Shown here: positions 50,201-62,200 of the stretch, piece by piece
How positions within the stretch are numbered: position 1 is the first letter of the stretch
Layout of the letters: each line of letters opens with the position of its first letter
NCBI GenBank assembly: GCA_964016885.1
Contig: OZ024741.1
Coordinates: 72,044,001-72,108,000 of the forward strand
DNA length: 64,000 nt
Source: Eledone cirrhosa
Taxonomy: Eukaryota
Direction of reading: 5' to 3'
Made by a program: the position numbers and the translations under genes
The notes under the pieces: generated by a model
What the model was told of the DNA's origin: nothing
What the model saw: only the letters and a program-made list of their open reading frames with translations
The model's database searches: none

Positions 50201-53200
50201 TTAGAGACAGTGTTTTTATTGTGGTGTTGTAGTGTCTTGATTGACTCGGAGAGACAGTGTTTTTATGGTGGTGTTGTAGTGTCTTGATAGACTGGGAGAG
50301 AGAATGTTTTTATGGTGGTGTTGTTGTGTCTTGATTGACTGGTAGAGACAGTGTTTTTATTGTGGCGTTGTAGTGTCTTGATTGACTGGGAGAGGCAGTG
50401 TTTTTATGGTGGTGTTGTAATGTTTTGATTGACTGGGAGAGACAGTGTTTTTATGGTGCTGTTGTACTGTCTTGATTGACTGGGAGAGACAGTGTTTTTA
50501 TGGTGGTGGTGTTTTGTCTTGATTGACTGGTAGAGACAGTGTTTTTATTATGGTGTTGTAGTTTCTTGATTGACTGGGAGAGACAGTGTTTTTATGGTGG
50601 TGTTGTAGTGTCTTGATTGACTGGGAGAGACAGTGTTTTTATGGTGGTGTTGTAGTGTCTTGATTGACTGGGAGAGACAGCGTTTTTATGGTGGTGTTGT
50701 AGTGACTTGATTGACTGGGAGAGACAGTGTTTTTATGGTGGTGTTGTAGTGTCTTGATTGACTGGGAGAGGCAGTGCTTTTATGGTGGTGGTGTTGTGTC
50801 TTGATTGACTGTTAGAGACAGTGTTTTTATTGTGGTGTTGTAGTGTCTTGATTGACTCGGAGAGACAGTGTTTTTATGGTGGTGTTGTAGTGTTTGGATT
50901 GACTGGGAGAGACAGTGTTTTTATGGGGGTGTTGTAGTGTCTTGATTTACTGGGAGAGGCAGTGTTTTTATGGTGGTGTTGTAGTGTTTGGATTGACTGG
51001 GAGAGACAGTGTTTTTATGGTGGTGTTGTAGTGTTTGGAATGACTGGGAGAGACAGTGTTTTTATGGTGGTGTTGTAGATTCTTGATTGACTGGGAGAGA
51101 CAGTGTTTTTATGGTAGTGTTGTAGTGTCTTGATTGACTGGGAGAGGCAGTGTTTTTATGGTGGTGTTGTAGTGTCTTGATTGACTGGGAGAGACCATGT
51201 TTTTATGGTGGTGTTGTAGTGTTTGGATTGACTGGGAGAGACAGTGTTTTTATGGTGGTGTTGTAGTTTCTTGATTGACTGGGAGAGACAGTGTTTTTAT
51301 GGTGGTGTTGTAGTGTCTTGATTGACTGGGAGAGACAGTGTTTTTATGGTGGTGTTGTAGTGTCTTGATTGACTGGGAGAGACAGCGTTTTTATGGTGGT
51401 GTTGTAGTGACTTGATTGACTGGGAGAGACAGTGTTTTTATGGTGGTGTTGTAGTGTCTTGATTGACTGGGAGAGGCAGTGCTTCTATGGTGGTGGTGTT
51501 GTGTCTTGATCGACTGTTACAGACAGTGTTTTTATGGTGGTGTTGTAGTGTCTTGATTGACTGGGAGAGGCAGTGCTTTTATGGTGGTGGTGTTTTGTCT
51601 TGATTGACCGGTAGAGACAGTGTTTTTATTATGGTGTTGTAGCGTCTTGATTGACTCGGAGAGACAGTGTTTTTATGGTTGTGTTGTAGTGTTTGGATTG
51701 ACTGGGAGAGACAGTGTTTTTATGGTGGTGTTGTAGTGTTTGGATTGACTGGGAGAGATAGTGTTTTTATGGTGGTGTTGTAGTTTCTTGATTGACTGGG
51801 AGAGACAGTGTTTTTATGGTGGTGTTGTAGTGTCTTGATTGACTGGGAGAGACAGTGTTTTTATGGTGGTGTTGTAGTGTCTTGATTGACTGGGAGAGAC
51901 AGCGTTTTTATGGTGGTGTTGTAGTGACTTGATTGACTGGGAGAGACAGTGTTTTTATGGTGGTGTTGTAGTGTCTTGATTGACTGGGAGAGGCAGTGCT
52001 TTTATTGTGGTGGTGTTGTGTCTTGATTGACTGTTAGAGACAGTGTTTTTATGGTGGTGTTGTAGTGTCTTGATTGACTGGGAGAGGCAGTGCTTTTATG
52101 CTGGTGGTGTTGTGTCTTGATTGACTGTTAGAGACAGTGTTTTTATTGTGGTGTTGTAGTGTCTTGATTGACTCGGAGAGACAGTGTTTTTATGGTGGTG
52201 TTGTAGTGTCTTGATAGACTGGGAGAGAGAATGTTTTTATGGTGGTGTTGTTGTGTCTTGATTGACTGGTAGAGACAGTGTTTTTATTGTGGCGTTGTAG
52301 TGTCTTGATTGACTGGGAGAGGCAGTGTTTTTATGGTGGTGTTGTAATGTTTTGATTGACTGGGAGAGACAGTGTTTTTATGGTGCTGTTGTACTGTCTT
52401 GATTGACTGGGAGAGACAGTGTTTTTATGGTGGTGGTGTTTTGTCTTGATTGACTGGTAGAGACAGTGTTTTTATTATGGTGTTGTAGTGTCTTGATTGA
52501 CTCGGAGAGACAGTGTTTTTATGGTGGTGTTGTAGTGTCTTGATTGACTGGGAGAGACAGCGTTTTTATGGTGGTGTTGTAGTGACTTGATTGACTGGGA
52601 GAGACAGTGTTTTTATGGTGGTGTTGTAGTGTCTTGATTGACTGGGAGAGGCAGTGCTTTTATGGTGGTGGTGTTGTGTTGATTGACTGTTAGAGACAGT
52701 GTTTTTATTGTGGTGTTGTAGTGTCTTGATTGACTCGGAGAGACAGTGTTTTTATGGTGGTGTTGTAGTGTTTGGATTGACTGGGAGAGACAGTGTTTTT
52801 ATGGTGGTGTTGTAGTGTTTGGATTGACTGGGAGACACAGTGTTTTTATGGTGGTGTTGTAGTTTCTTGATTGACTGGGAGAGACAGTGTTTTTATGGTG
52901 GTGTTGTAGTGTTTGGATTGACTGGGAGAGACAGTGTTTTTATGGTGGTGTTGTAGTTTCTTGATTGACTGGGAGAGACAGTGCTTTTATGGTGGTGTTG
53001 TAGTGTCTTGATTGACTGGGAGAGACAGTGTTTTTATGGTGATGTTGTAGTGTCTTGATTGACTGGGAGAGGCTGTGTTTTTATGGTTGTGGTGTTTTGT
53101 CTTGATTGACTGGTAGAGACAGTGTTTTTATTATGGTGTCGTAGTTTCTTGATTGACTGGGAGAGACAGTGTTTTTATGGTGGTGTTGTAGTGTCTTGAT

Positions 53201-56200
53201 TGACTGGGAGAGACAGTGTTTTTATGGTGATGTTGTAGTGTCTTGATTGACTGGGAGAGGCTGTGTTTTTATGGTGGTGGTGTTTTGTCTTGATTGACTG
53301 GTAGAGACAGTGTTTTTATTATGGTGTTGTAGTGTCTTGATTGACTCGGAGAGACAGTGTTTTTATGGTGGTGTTGTAGTGTTTGGATTGACTGGGAGAG
53401 ACAGTGTTTTTATGGTGGTGTTGTAGTGTTTGGATTGACTGGGAGAGACAGTGTTTTTATGGAGGTGTTGTAGTTTCTTGATTGACTGGGAGAGACAGTG
53501 TTTTTATGGTGGTGTTGTAGTGTCTTGATTGACTGGGAGAGACAGTGTTTTTATGGTGGTGTTGTAGTGCCTTGATTGACTGGGAGATACAGTGTTTTTA
53601 TGGTGGTGTTGTAGTGTCTTGATTGACTGGGAGAGACAGTGTTTTTATGGTGGTGTTGTAGTGTCTTGATTGACTGAGAGAGGCAGTGTTTTTATGGTGG
53701 TGTTGTAGTGCCTTGATTGACTGGGAGAGAGTGTTTTTATGGTGGTGTTGTAGTTTCTTGATTGACTGAGAGAGGCAGTGTTTTTATGGTGGTGTTGTAG
53801 TGACTTGATTGACTGAGAGAGGCAGTGTTTTTATGGTGGTGTTGTAGGGCCTTGATTGACTGGGAGAGAGTGTTTTTATGGTGGTGTTGTAGTGTCTTGA
53901 TTGACTGGGAGATACAGTGTTTTTATGGTGGTGTTGTAGTGTCTTGATTGACTGGGAGAGACAGTGTTATTATGGTGGTGTTGGAGTGTCTTGATTGACT
54001 GGGAGAGACAGCGTTTTTATGGTGGTGTTGTAGTGACTTGATTGACTGGGAGAGACAGTGTTTTTATGGTGGTGTTGTAGTGTCTTGATTGACTGGGAGA
54101 GGCAGTGCTTTTATTGTGGTGGTGTTGTGTCTTGATTGACTGTTAGAGACAGTGTTTTTATGGTGGTGTTGTAGTGTCTTGATTGACTGGGAGAGGCAGT
54201 GCTTTTATGCTGGTGGTGTTGTGTCTTGATTGACTGTTAGAGACAGTGTTTTTATTGTGGTGTTGTAGTGTCTTGATTGACTCGGAGAGACAGTGTTTTT
54301 ATGGTGGTGTTGTAGTGTCTTGATAGACTGGGAGAGAGAATGTTTTTATGGTGGTGTTGTTGTGTCTTGATTGACTGGTAGAGACAGTGTTTTTATTGTG
54401 GCGTTGTAGTGTCTTGATTGACTGGGAGAGGCAGTGTTTTTATGGTGGTGTTGTAATGTTTTGATTGACTGGGAGAGACAGTGTTTTTATGGTGCTGTTG
54501 TACTGTCTTGATTGACTGGGAGAGACAGTGTTTTTATGGTGGTGGTGTTTTGTCTTGATTGACTGGTAGAGACAGTGTTTTTATTATGGTGTTGTAGTTT
54601 CTTGATTGACTGGGAGAGACAGTGTTTTTATGGTGGTGTTGTAGTGTCTTGATTGACTGGGAGAGACAGTGTTTTTATGGTGGTGTTGTAGTGTCTTGAT
54701 TGACTGGGAGAGACAGCGTTTTTATGGTGGTGTTGTAGTGACTTGATTGACTGGGAGAGACAGTGTTTTTATGGTGGTGTTGTAGTGTCTTGATTGACTG
54801 GGAGAGGCAGTGCTTTTATGGTGGTGGTGTTGTGTCTTGATTGACTGTTAGAGACAGTGTTTTTATTGTGGTGTTGTAGTGTCTTGATTGACTCGGAGAG
54901 ACAGTGTTTTTATGGTGGTGTTGTAGTGTTTGGATTGACTGGGAGAGACAGTGTTTTTATGGGGGTGTTGTAGTGTCTTGATTTACTGGGAGAGGCAGTG
55001 TTTTTATGGTGGTGTTGTAGTGTTTGGATTGACTGGGAGAGACAGTGTTTTTATGGTGGTGTTGTAGTGTTTGGAATGACTGGGAGAGACAGTGTTTTTA
55101 TGGTGGTGTTGTAGATTCTTGATTGACTGGGAGAGACAGTGTTTTTATGGTAGTGTTGTAGTGTCTTGATTGACTGGGAGAGGCAGTGTTTTTATGGTGG
55201 TGTTGTAGTGTCTTGATTGACTGGGAGAGACCATGTTTTTATGGTGGTGTTGTAGTGTTTGGATTGACTGGGAGAGACAGTGTTTTTATGGTGGTGTTGT
55301 AGTTTCTTGATTGACTGGGAGAGACAGTGTTTTTATGGTGGTGTTGTAGTGTCTTGATTGACTGGGAGAGACAGTGTTTTTATGGTGGTGTTGTAGTGTC
55401 TTGATTGACTGGGAGAGACAGCGTTTTTATGGTGGTGTTGTAGTGACTTGATTGACTGGGAGAGACAGTGTTTTTATGGTGGTGTTGTAGTGTCTTGATT
55501 GACTGGGAGAGGCAGTGCTTCTATGGTGGTGGTGTTGTGTCTTGATCGACTGTTACAGACAGTGTTTTTATGGTGGTGTTGTAGTGTCTTGATTGACTGG
55601 GAGAGGCAGTGCTTTTATGGTGGTGGTGTTTTGTCTTGATTGACCGGTAGAGACAGTGTTTTTATTATGGTGTTGTAGCGTCTTGATTGACTCGGAGAGA
55701 CAGTGTTTTTATGGTTGTGTTGTAGTGTTTGGATTGACTGGGAGAGACAGTGTTTTTATGGTGGTGTTGTAGTGTTTGGATTGACTGGGAGAGATAGTGT
55801 TTTTATGGTGGTGTTGTAGTTTCTTGATTGACTGGGAGAGACAGTGTTTTTATGGTGGTGTTGTAGTGTCTTGATTGACTGGGAGAGACAGTGTTTTTAT
55901 GGTGGTGTTGTAGTGTCTTGATTGACTGGGAGAGACAGCGTTTTTATGGTGGTGTTGTAGTGACTTGATTGACTGGGAGAGACAGTGTTTTTATGGTGGT
56001 GTTGTAGTGTCTTGATTGACTGGGAGAGGCAGTGCTTTTATTGTGGTGGTGTTGTGTCTTGATTGACTGTTAGAGACAGTGTTTTTATGGTGGTGTTGTA
56101 GTGTCTTGATTGACTGGGAGAGGCAGTGCTTTTATGCTGGTGGTGTTGTGTCTTGATTGACTGTTAGAGACAGTGTTTTTATTGTGGTGTTGTAGTGTCT

Positions 56201-59200
56201 TGATTGACTCGGAGAGACAGTGTTTTTATGGTGGTGTTGTAGTGTCTTGATAGACTGGGAGAGAGAATGTTTTTATGGTGGTGTTGTTGTGTCTTGATTG
56301 ACTGGTAGAGACAGTGTTTTTATTGTGGCGTTGTAGTGTCTTGATTGACTGGGAGAGGCAGTGTTTTTATGGTGGTGTTGTAATGTTTTGATTGACTGGG
56401 AGAGACAGTGTTTTTATGGTGCTGTTGTAGTGTCTTGATTGACTGGGAGAGACAGTGTTTTTATTGTGGTGTTGTAGTGTCTTGATTGAGTGGGAGAGAG
56501 TGTTTTTATGGTTGTGGTGTTTTGTCTTGATTGACTGGTAGAGACAGTGTTTTTATTATGGTGTCGTAGTTTCTTGATTGACTGGTAGAGACAGTGTTTT
56601 TATTGTGGTGTTGTAGTGTCTTGATTGAGTGGGAGAGAGTGTTTTTATGGTTGTGGTGTTTTGTCTTGATTGACTGGTAGAGACAGTGTTTTTATTATGG
56701 TGTCGTAGTTTCTTGATTGACTGGGAGAGACAGTGTTTTTATGGTGGTGTTGTAGTGTCTTGATTGACTGGGAGAGACAGTGTTTTTATGGTGATGTTGT
56801 AGTGTCTTGATTGACTGGGAGAGGCTGTGTTTTTATGGTGGTGGTGTTTTGTCTTGATTGACTGGTAGAGACAGTGTTTTTATTATGGTGTTGTAGTGTC
56901 TTGATTGACTCGGAGAGACAGTGTTTTTATGGTGGTGTTGTAGTGTTTGGATTGACTGGGAGAGACAGTGTTTTTATGGTGGTGTTGTAGTGTTTGGATT
57001 GACTGGGAGAGACAGTGTTTTTATGGAGGTGTTGTAGTTTCTTGATTGACTGGGAGAGACAGTGTTTTTATGGTGGTGTTGTAGTGTCTTGATTGACTGG
57101 GAGAGACAGTGTTTTTATGGTGGTGTTGTAGTGTCTTGATTGACTGGGAGAGACAGCGTTTTTATGGTGGTGTTGTAGTGACTTGATTGACTGGGAGAGA
57201 CAGTGTTTTTATGGTGGTGTTGTAGTGTCTTGATTGACTGGGAGAGGCAGTGCTTTTATGGTGGTGGTGTTGTGTTGATTGACTGTTAGAGACAGTGTTT
57301 TTATTGTGGTGTTGTAGTGTCTTGATTGACTCGGAGAGACAGTGTTTTTATGGTGGTGTTGTAGTGTTTGGATTGACTGGGAGAGACAGTGTTTTTATGG
57401 TGGTGTTGTAGTGTTTGGATTGACTGGGAGACACAGTGTTTTTATGGTGGTGTTGTAGTTTCTTGATTGACTGGGAGAGACAGTGTTTTTATGGTGGTGT
57501 TGTAGTGTTTGGATTGACTGGGAGAGACAGTGTTTTTATGGTGGTGTTGTAGTTTCTTGATTGACTGGGAGAGACAGTGCTTTTATGGTGGTGTTGTAGT
57601 GTCTTGATTGACTGGGAGAGACAGTGTTTTTATGGTGATGTTGTAGTGTCTTGATTGACTGGGAGAGGCTGTGTTTTTATGGTTGTGGTGTTTTGTCTTG
57701 ATTGACTGGTAGAGACAGTGTTTTTATTATGGTGTCGTAGTTTCTTGATTGACTGGGAGAGACAGTGTTTTTATGGTGGTGTTGTAGTGTCTTGATTGAC
57801 TGGGAGAGACAGTGTTTTTATGGTGATGTTGTAGTGTCTTGATTGACTGGGAGAGGCTGTGTTTTTATGGTGGTGGTGTTTTGTCTTGATTGACTGGTAG
57901 AGACAGTGTTTTTATTATGGTGTTGTAGTGTCTTGATTGACTCGGAGAGACAGTGTTTTTATGGTGGTGTTGTAGTGTTTGGATTGACTGGGAGAGACAG
58001 TGTTTTTATGGTGGTGTTGTAGTGTTTGGATTGACTGGGAGAGACAGTGTTTTTATGGAGGTGTTGTAGTTTCTTGATTGACTGGGAGAGACAGTGTTTT
58101 TATGGTGGTGTTGTAGTGTCTTGATTGACTGGGAGAGACAGTGTTTTTATGGTGGTGTTGTAGTGCCTTGATTGACTGGGAGATACAGTGTTTTTATGGT
58201 GGTGTTGTAGTGTCTTGATTGACTGGGAGAGACAGTGTTTTTATGGTGGTGTTGTAGTGTCTTGATTGACTGAGAGAGGCAGTGTTTTTATGGTGGTGTT
58301 GTAGTGCCTTGATTGACTGGGAGAGAGTGTTTTTATGGTGGTGTTGTAGTTTCTTGATTGACTGAGAGAGGCAGTGTTTTTATGGTGGTGTTGTAGTGAC
58401 TTGATTGACTGAGAGAGGCAGTGTTTTTATGGTGGTGTTGTAGGGCCTTGATTGACTGGGAGAGAGTGTTTTTATGGTGGTGTTGTAGTGTCTTGATTGA
58501 CTGGGAGATACAGTGTTTTTATGGTGGTGTTGTAGTGTCTTGATTGACTGGGAGAGACAGTGTTATTATGGTGGTGTTGGAGTGTCTTGATTGACTGGGA
58601 GAGACAGCGTTTTTATGGTGGTGTTGTAGTGACTTGATTGACTGGGAGAGACAGTGTTTTTATGGTGGTGTTGTAGTGTCTTGATTGACTGGGAGAGGCA
58701 GTGCTTTTATTGTGGTGGTGTTGTGTCTTGATTGACTGTTAGAGACAGTGTTTTTATGGTGGTGTTGTAGTGTCTTGATTGACTGGGAGAGGCAGTGCTT
58801 TTATGCTGGTGGTGTTGTGTCTTGATTGACTGTTAGAGACAGTGTTTTTATTGTGGTGTTGTAGTGTCTTGATTGACTCGGAGAGACAGTGTTTTTATGG
58901 TGGTGTTGTAGTGTCTTGATAGACTGGGAGAGAGAATGTTTTTATGGTGGTGTTGTTGTGTCTTGATTGACTGGTAGAGACAGTGTTTTTATTGTGGCGT
59001 TGTAGTGTCTTGATTGACTGGGAGAGGCAGTGTTTTTATGGTGGTGTTGTAATGTTTTGATTGACTGGGAGAGACAGTGTTTTTATGGTGCTGTTGTACT
59101 GTCTTGATTGACTGGGAGAGACAGTGTTTTTATGGTGGTGGTGTTTTGTCTTGATTGACTGGTAGAGACAGTGTTTTTATTATGGTGTTGTAGTTTCTTG

Positions 59201-62200
59201 ATTGACTGGGAGAGACAGTGTTTTTATGGTGGTGTTGTAGTGTCTTGATTGACTGGGAGAGACAGTGTTTTTATGGTGGTGTTGTAGTGTCTTGATTGAC
59301 TGGGAGAGACAGCGTTTTTATGGTGGTGTTGTAGTGACTTGATTGACTGGGAGAGACAGTGTTTTTATGGTGGTGTTGTAGTGTCTTGATTGACTGGGAG
59401 AGGCAGTGCTTTTATGGTGGTGGTGTTGTGTCTTGATTGACTGTTAGAGACAGTGTTTTTATTGTGGTGTTGTAGTGTCTTGATTGACTCGGAGAGACAG
59501 TGTTTTTATGGTGGTGTTGTAGTGTTTGGATTGACTGGGAGAGACAGTGTTTTTATGGTGGTGTTGTAGTGTTTGGATTGACTGGGAGAGACAGTGTTTT
59601 TATGGTGGTATTGTAGTTTCTTGATTGACTGGGAGAGACAGTGTTTTTATGGTGGTGTTGTAGTGTTTGGATTGACTGGGAGAGACAGTGTTTTTATGGT
59701 GGTGTTGTAGTGTCTTGATTGACTGGGAGAGACAGTGTTTTTATGGTGATGTTGTAGTGTCTTGATTGACTGGGAGAGGCTGTGTTTTTATGGTGGTGGT
59801 GTTTTGTCTTGATTGACTGGTAGAGACAGTGTTTTTATTATGGTGTTGTAGTGTCTTGATTGACTCGGAGAGACAGTGTTTTTATGGTGGTGTTGTAGTG
59901 TTTGGATTGACTGGGAGAGACAGTGTTTTTATGGTGGTGTTGTAGTGTTTGGATTGACTGGGAGAGACAGTGTTTTTATGGAGGTGTTGTAGTTTCTTGA
60001 TTGACTGGGAGAGACAGTGTTTTTATGGTGGTGTTGTAGTGTCTTCATTGACTGGGAGAGACAGTGTTTTTATGGTGGTGTTGTAGTGTCTTGATTGACT
60101 GGGAGAGACAGTGTTTTTATGGTGGTGTTGTAGTGTCTTGATTGACTGAGAGAGGCAGTGTTTTTATGGTGGTGTTTTAGTGCCTTGATTGACTGGGAGA
60201 GAGTGTTTTTATGGTGGTGTTGTAGTTTCTTGATTGACTGAGAGAGGCAGTGTTTTTATGGTGGTGTTGTAGTGACTTGATTGACTGAGAGAGGCAGTGT
60301 TTTTATGGTGGTGTTGTAGGGCCTTGATTGACAGGGAGAGAGTGTTTTTATGGTGGTGTTGTAGTGTCTTGATTGACTGGGAGATACAGTGTTTTTATGG
60401 TGGTGTTGTAGTGTCTTCATTGACTGGGAGAGACAGTGTTATTATGGTGGTGTTGGAGTGTCTTGATTGACTTGGAGATACAGTGTTTTTATGGTGGTGT
60501 TGTAGTGTCTTGATTGACTGGGAGAGACAGTGTTTTTATGGTGGTGTTGTAGTGTCTTGATTGACTGGGAGAGAGTGTTTTTATGGTGATGTTGTAGTGT
60601 CTTGATTGACTGGGAGATACAGTGTTTTTATGGTGGTGTTGTAGTGTCTTGATTGACTGGGAGAGGAAATGTTTTTATGGTGGTGTTGTAGAGTCTTGAT
60701 TGACTGGGAGAGACAGTGTTTTAATGGTGGTGTTGTAGTGTCTTGATTGACTGGGAGAGGCAGTGCTTTTATGGTGGTGGTGTTTTGTCTTGATTGACTG
60801 GTAGAGACAGTGTTTTTATTGAGGTGTTGTAGTGTCTTGATTGACTCGGAGAGACAGTGTTTTTATGGTGGTGTTGTAGTGTTTGGATTGACTGGGAGAG
60901 ACAGTGTTTTTATGGTGGTGTTGTAGTGTTCGGAATGACTGGGAGATAGAGTGTTTGTATGGTCGTGTTGTAGTTTCTTGATTGACTGGGATAGAGTGTT
61001 TTTATGGTAGTGTTGTAGTGTCTTGATTGACTGGGAGAGGCAGTGTTTTTATGGTGGTGTTGTAGTGTCTTGATTGACTGGGAGAGACCGTGTTTTTATG
61101 GTGGTGTTGTAGTGTCTTGATTGACTGGGAGAGACCGTGTTTTTATGGTGGTGTTGTAGTTTCTTGATTGACTGGGAGAGACAGTGTTTTTATGGTGGTG
61201 TTGTAGTGTCTTGATAGACTGGGAGAGAGAGTGTTTTTATGGTGGTGGTGTTGTGTCTTGATTGACTGGGAGAGACAGTGTTTTTATGGTGGTGTTGTAG
61301 TGTCTTGATTGACTCGGAGAGACAGTGTTTTTATGGTGGTGTTGTAGTTTCTTGATTGACTGGGAGAGACCGTGTTTTTATTGTGGCGTTGTAGTGTCTT
61401 GATTGACTGGGAGAGACAATGTTTTTATGGTGGTGTTGTAATGTTTTGATTGACTGGGAGAGACAGTGTTTTTATGGTGCTGTTGTACTGTCTTGATTGA
61501 CTGGGAGAGACAGTGTTTTTATGGTGCTGTTGTAGTGTCTTGATTGACTCGGAGAGACAGTGTTTTTATGGTGGTGTTGTAGTGTTTGGATTGACTGGGA
61601 GAGACAGTGTTTTTATGGTGGTGTTGTAGTGTTTGGATTGACTGGGAGAGACAGTGTTTTTATGGAGGTGTTGTAGTTTCTTGATTGACTGGGAGAGACA
61701 GTGTTTTTATGGTGGTGTTGTAGTGTCTTGATTGACTGGGAGAGACAGTGTTTTTATGGTGGTGTTGTAGTGCCTTGATTGACTGGGAGAGACAGTGTTT
61801 TTATGGTGGTGTTGTAGTGTCTTGATTGACTGGGAGAGACAGTGTTTTTATGGTGGTGTTGTAGTGTCTTGATTGACTGAGAGAGGCAGTGTTTTTATGG
61901 TGGTGTTTTAGTGCCTTGATTGACTGGGAGAGAGTGTTTTTATGGTGGTGTTGTAGTTTCTTGATTGACTGAGAGAGGCAGTGTTTTTATGGTGGTGCTG
62001 TAGTGACTTGATTGACTGAGAGAGGCAGTGTTTTTATGGTGGTGTTGTAGGGCCTTGATTGACTGGGAGAGAGTGTTTTTATGGTGGTGTTGTAGTGTCT
62101 TGATTGACTGGGAGATACAGTGTTTTTATGGTGGTGTTGTAGTGTCTTCATTGACTGGGAGAGACAGTGTTATTATGGTGGTGTTGGAGTGTCTTGATTG

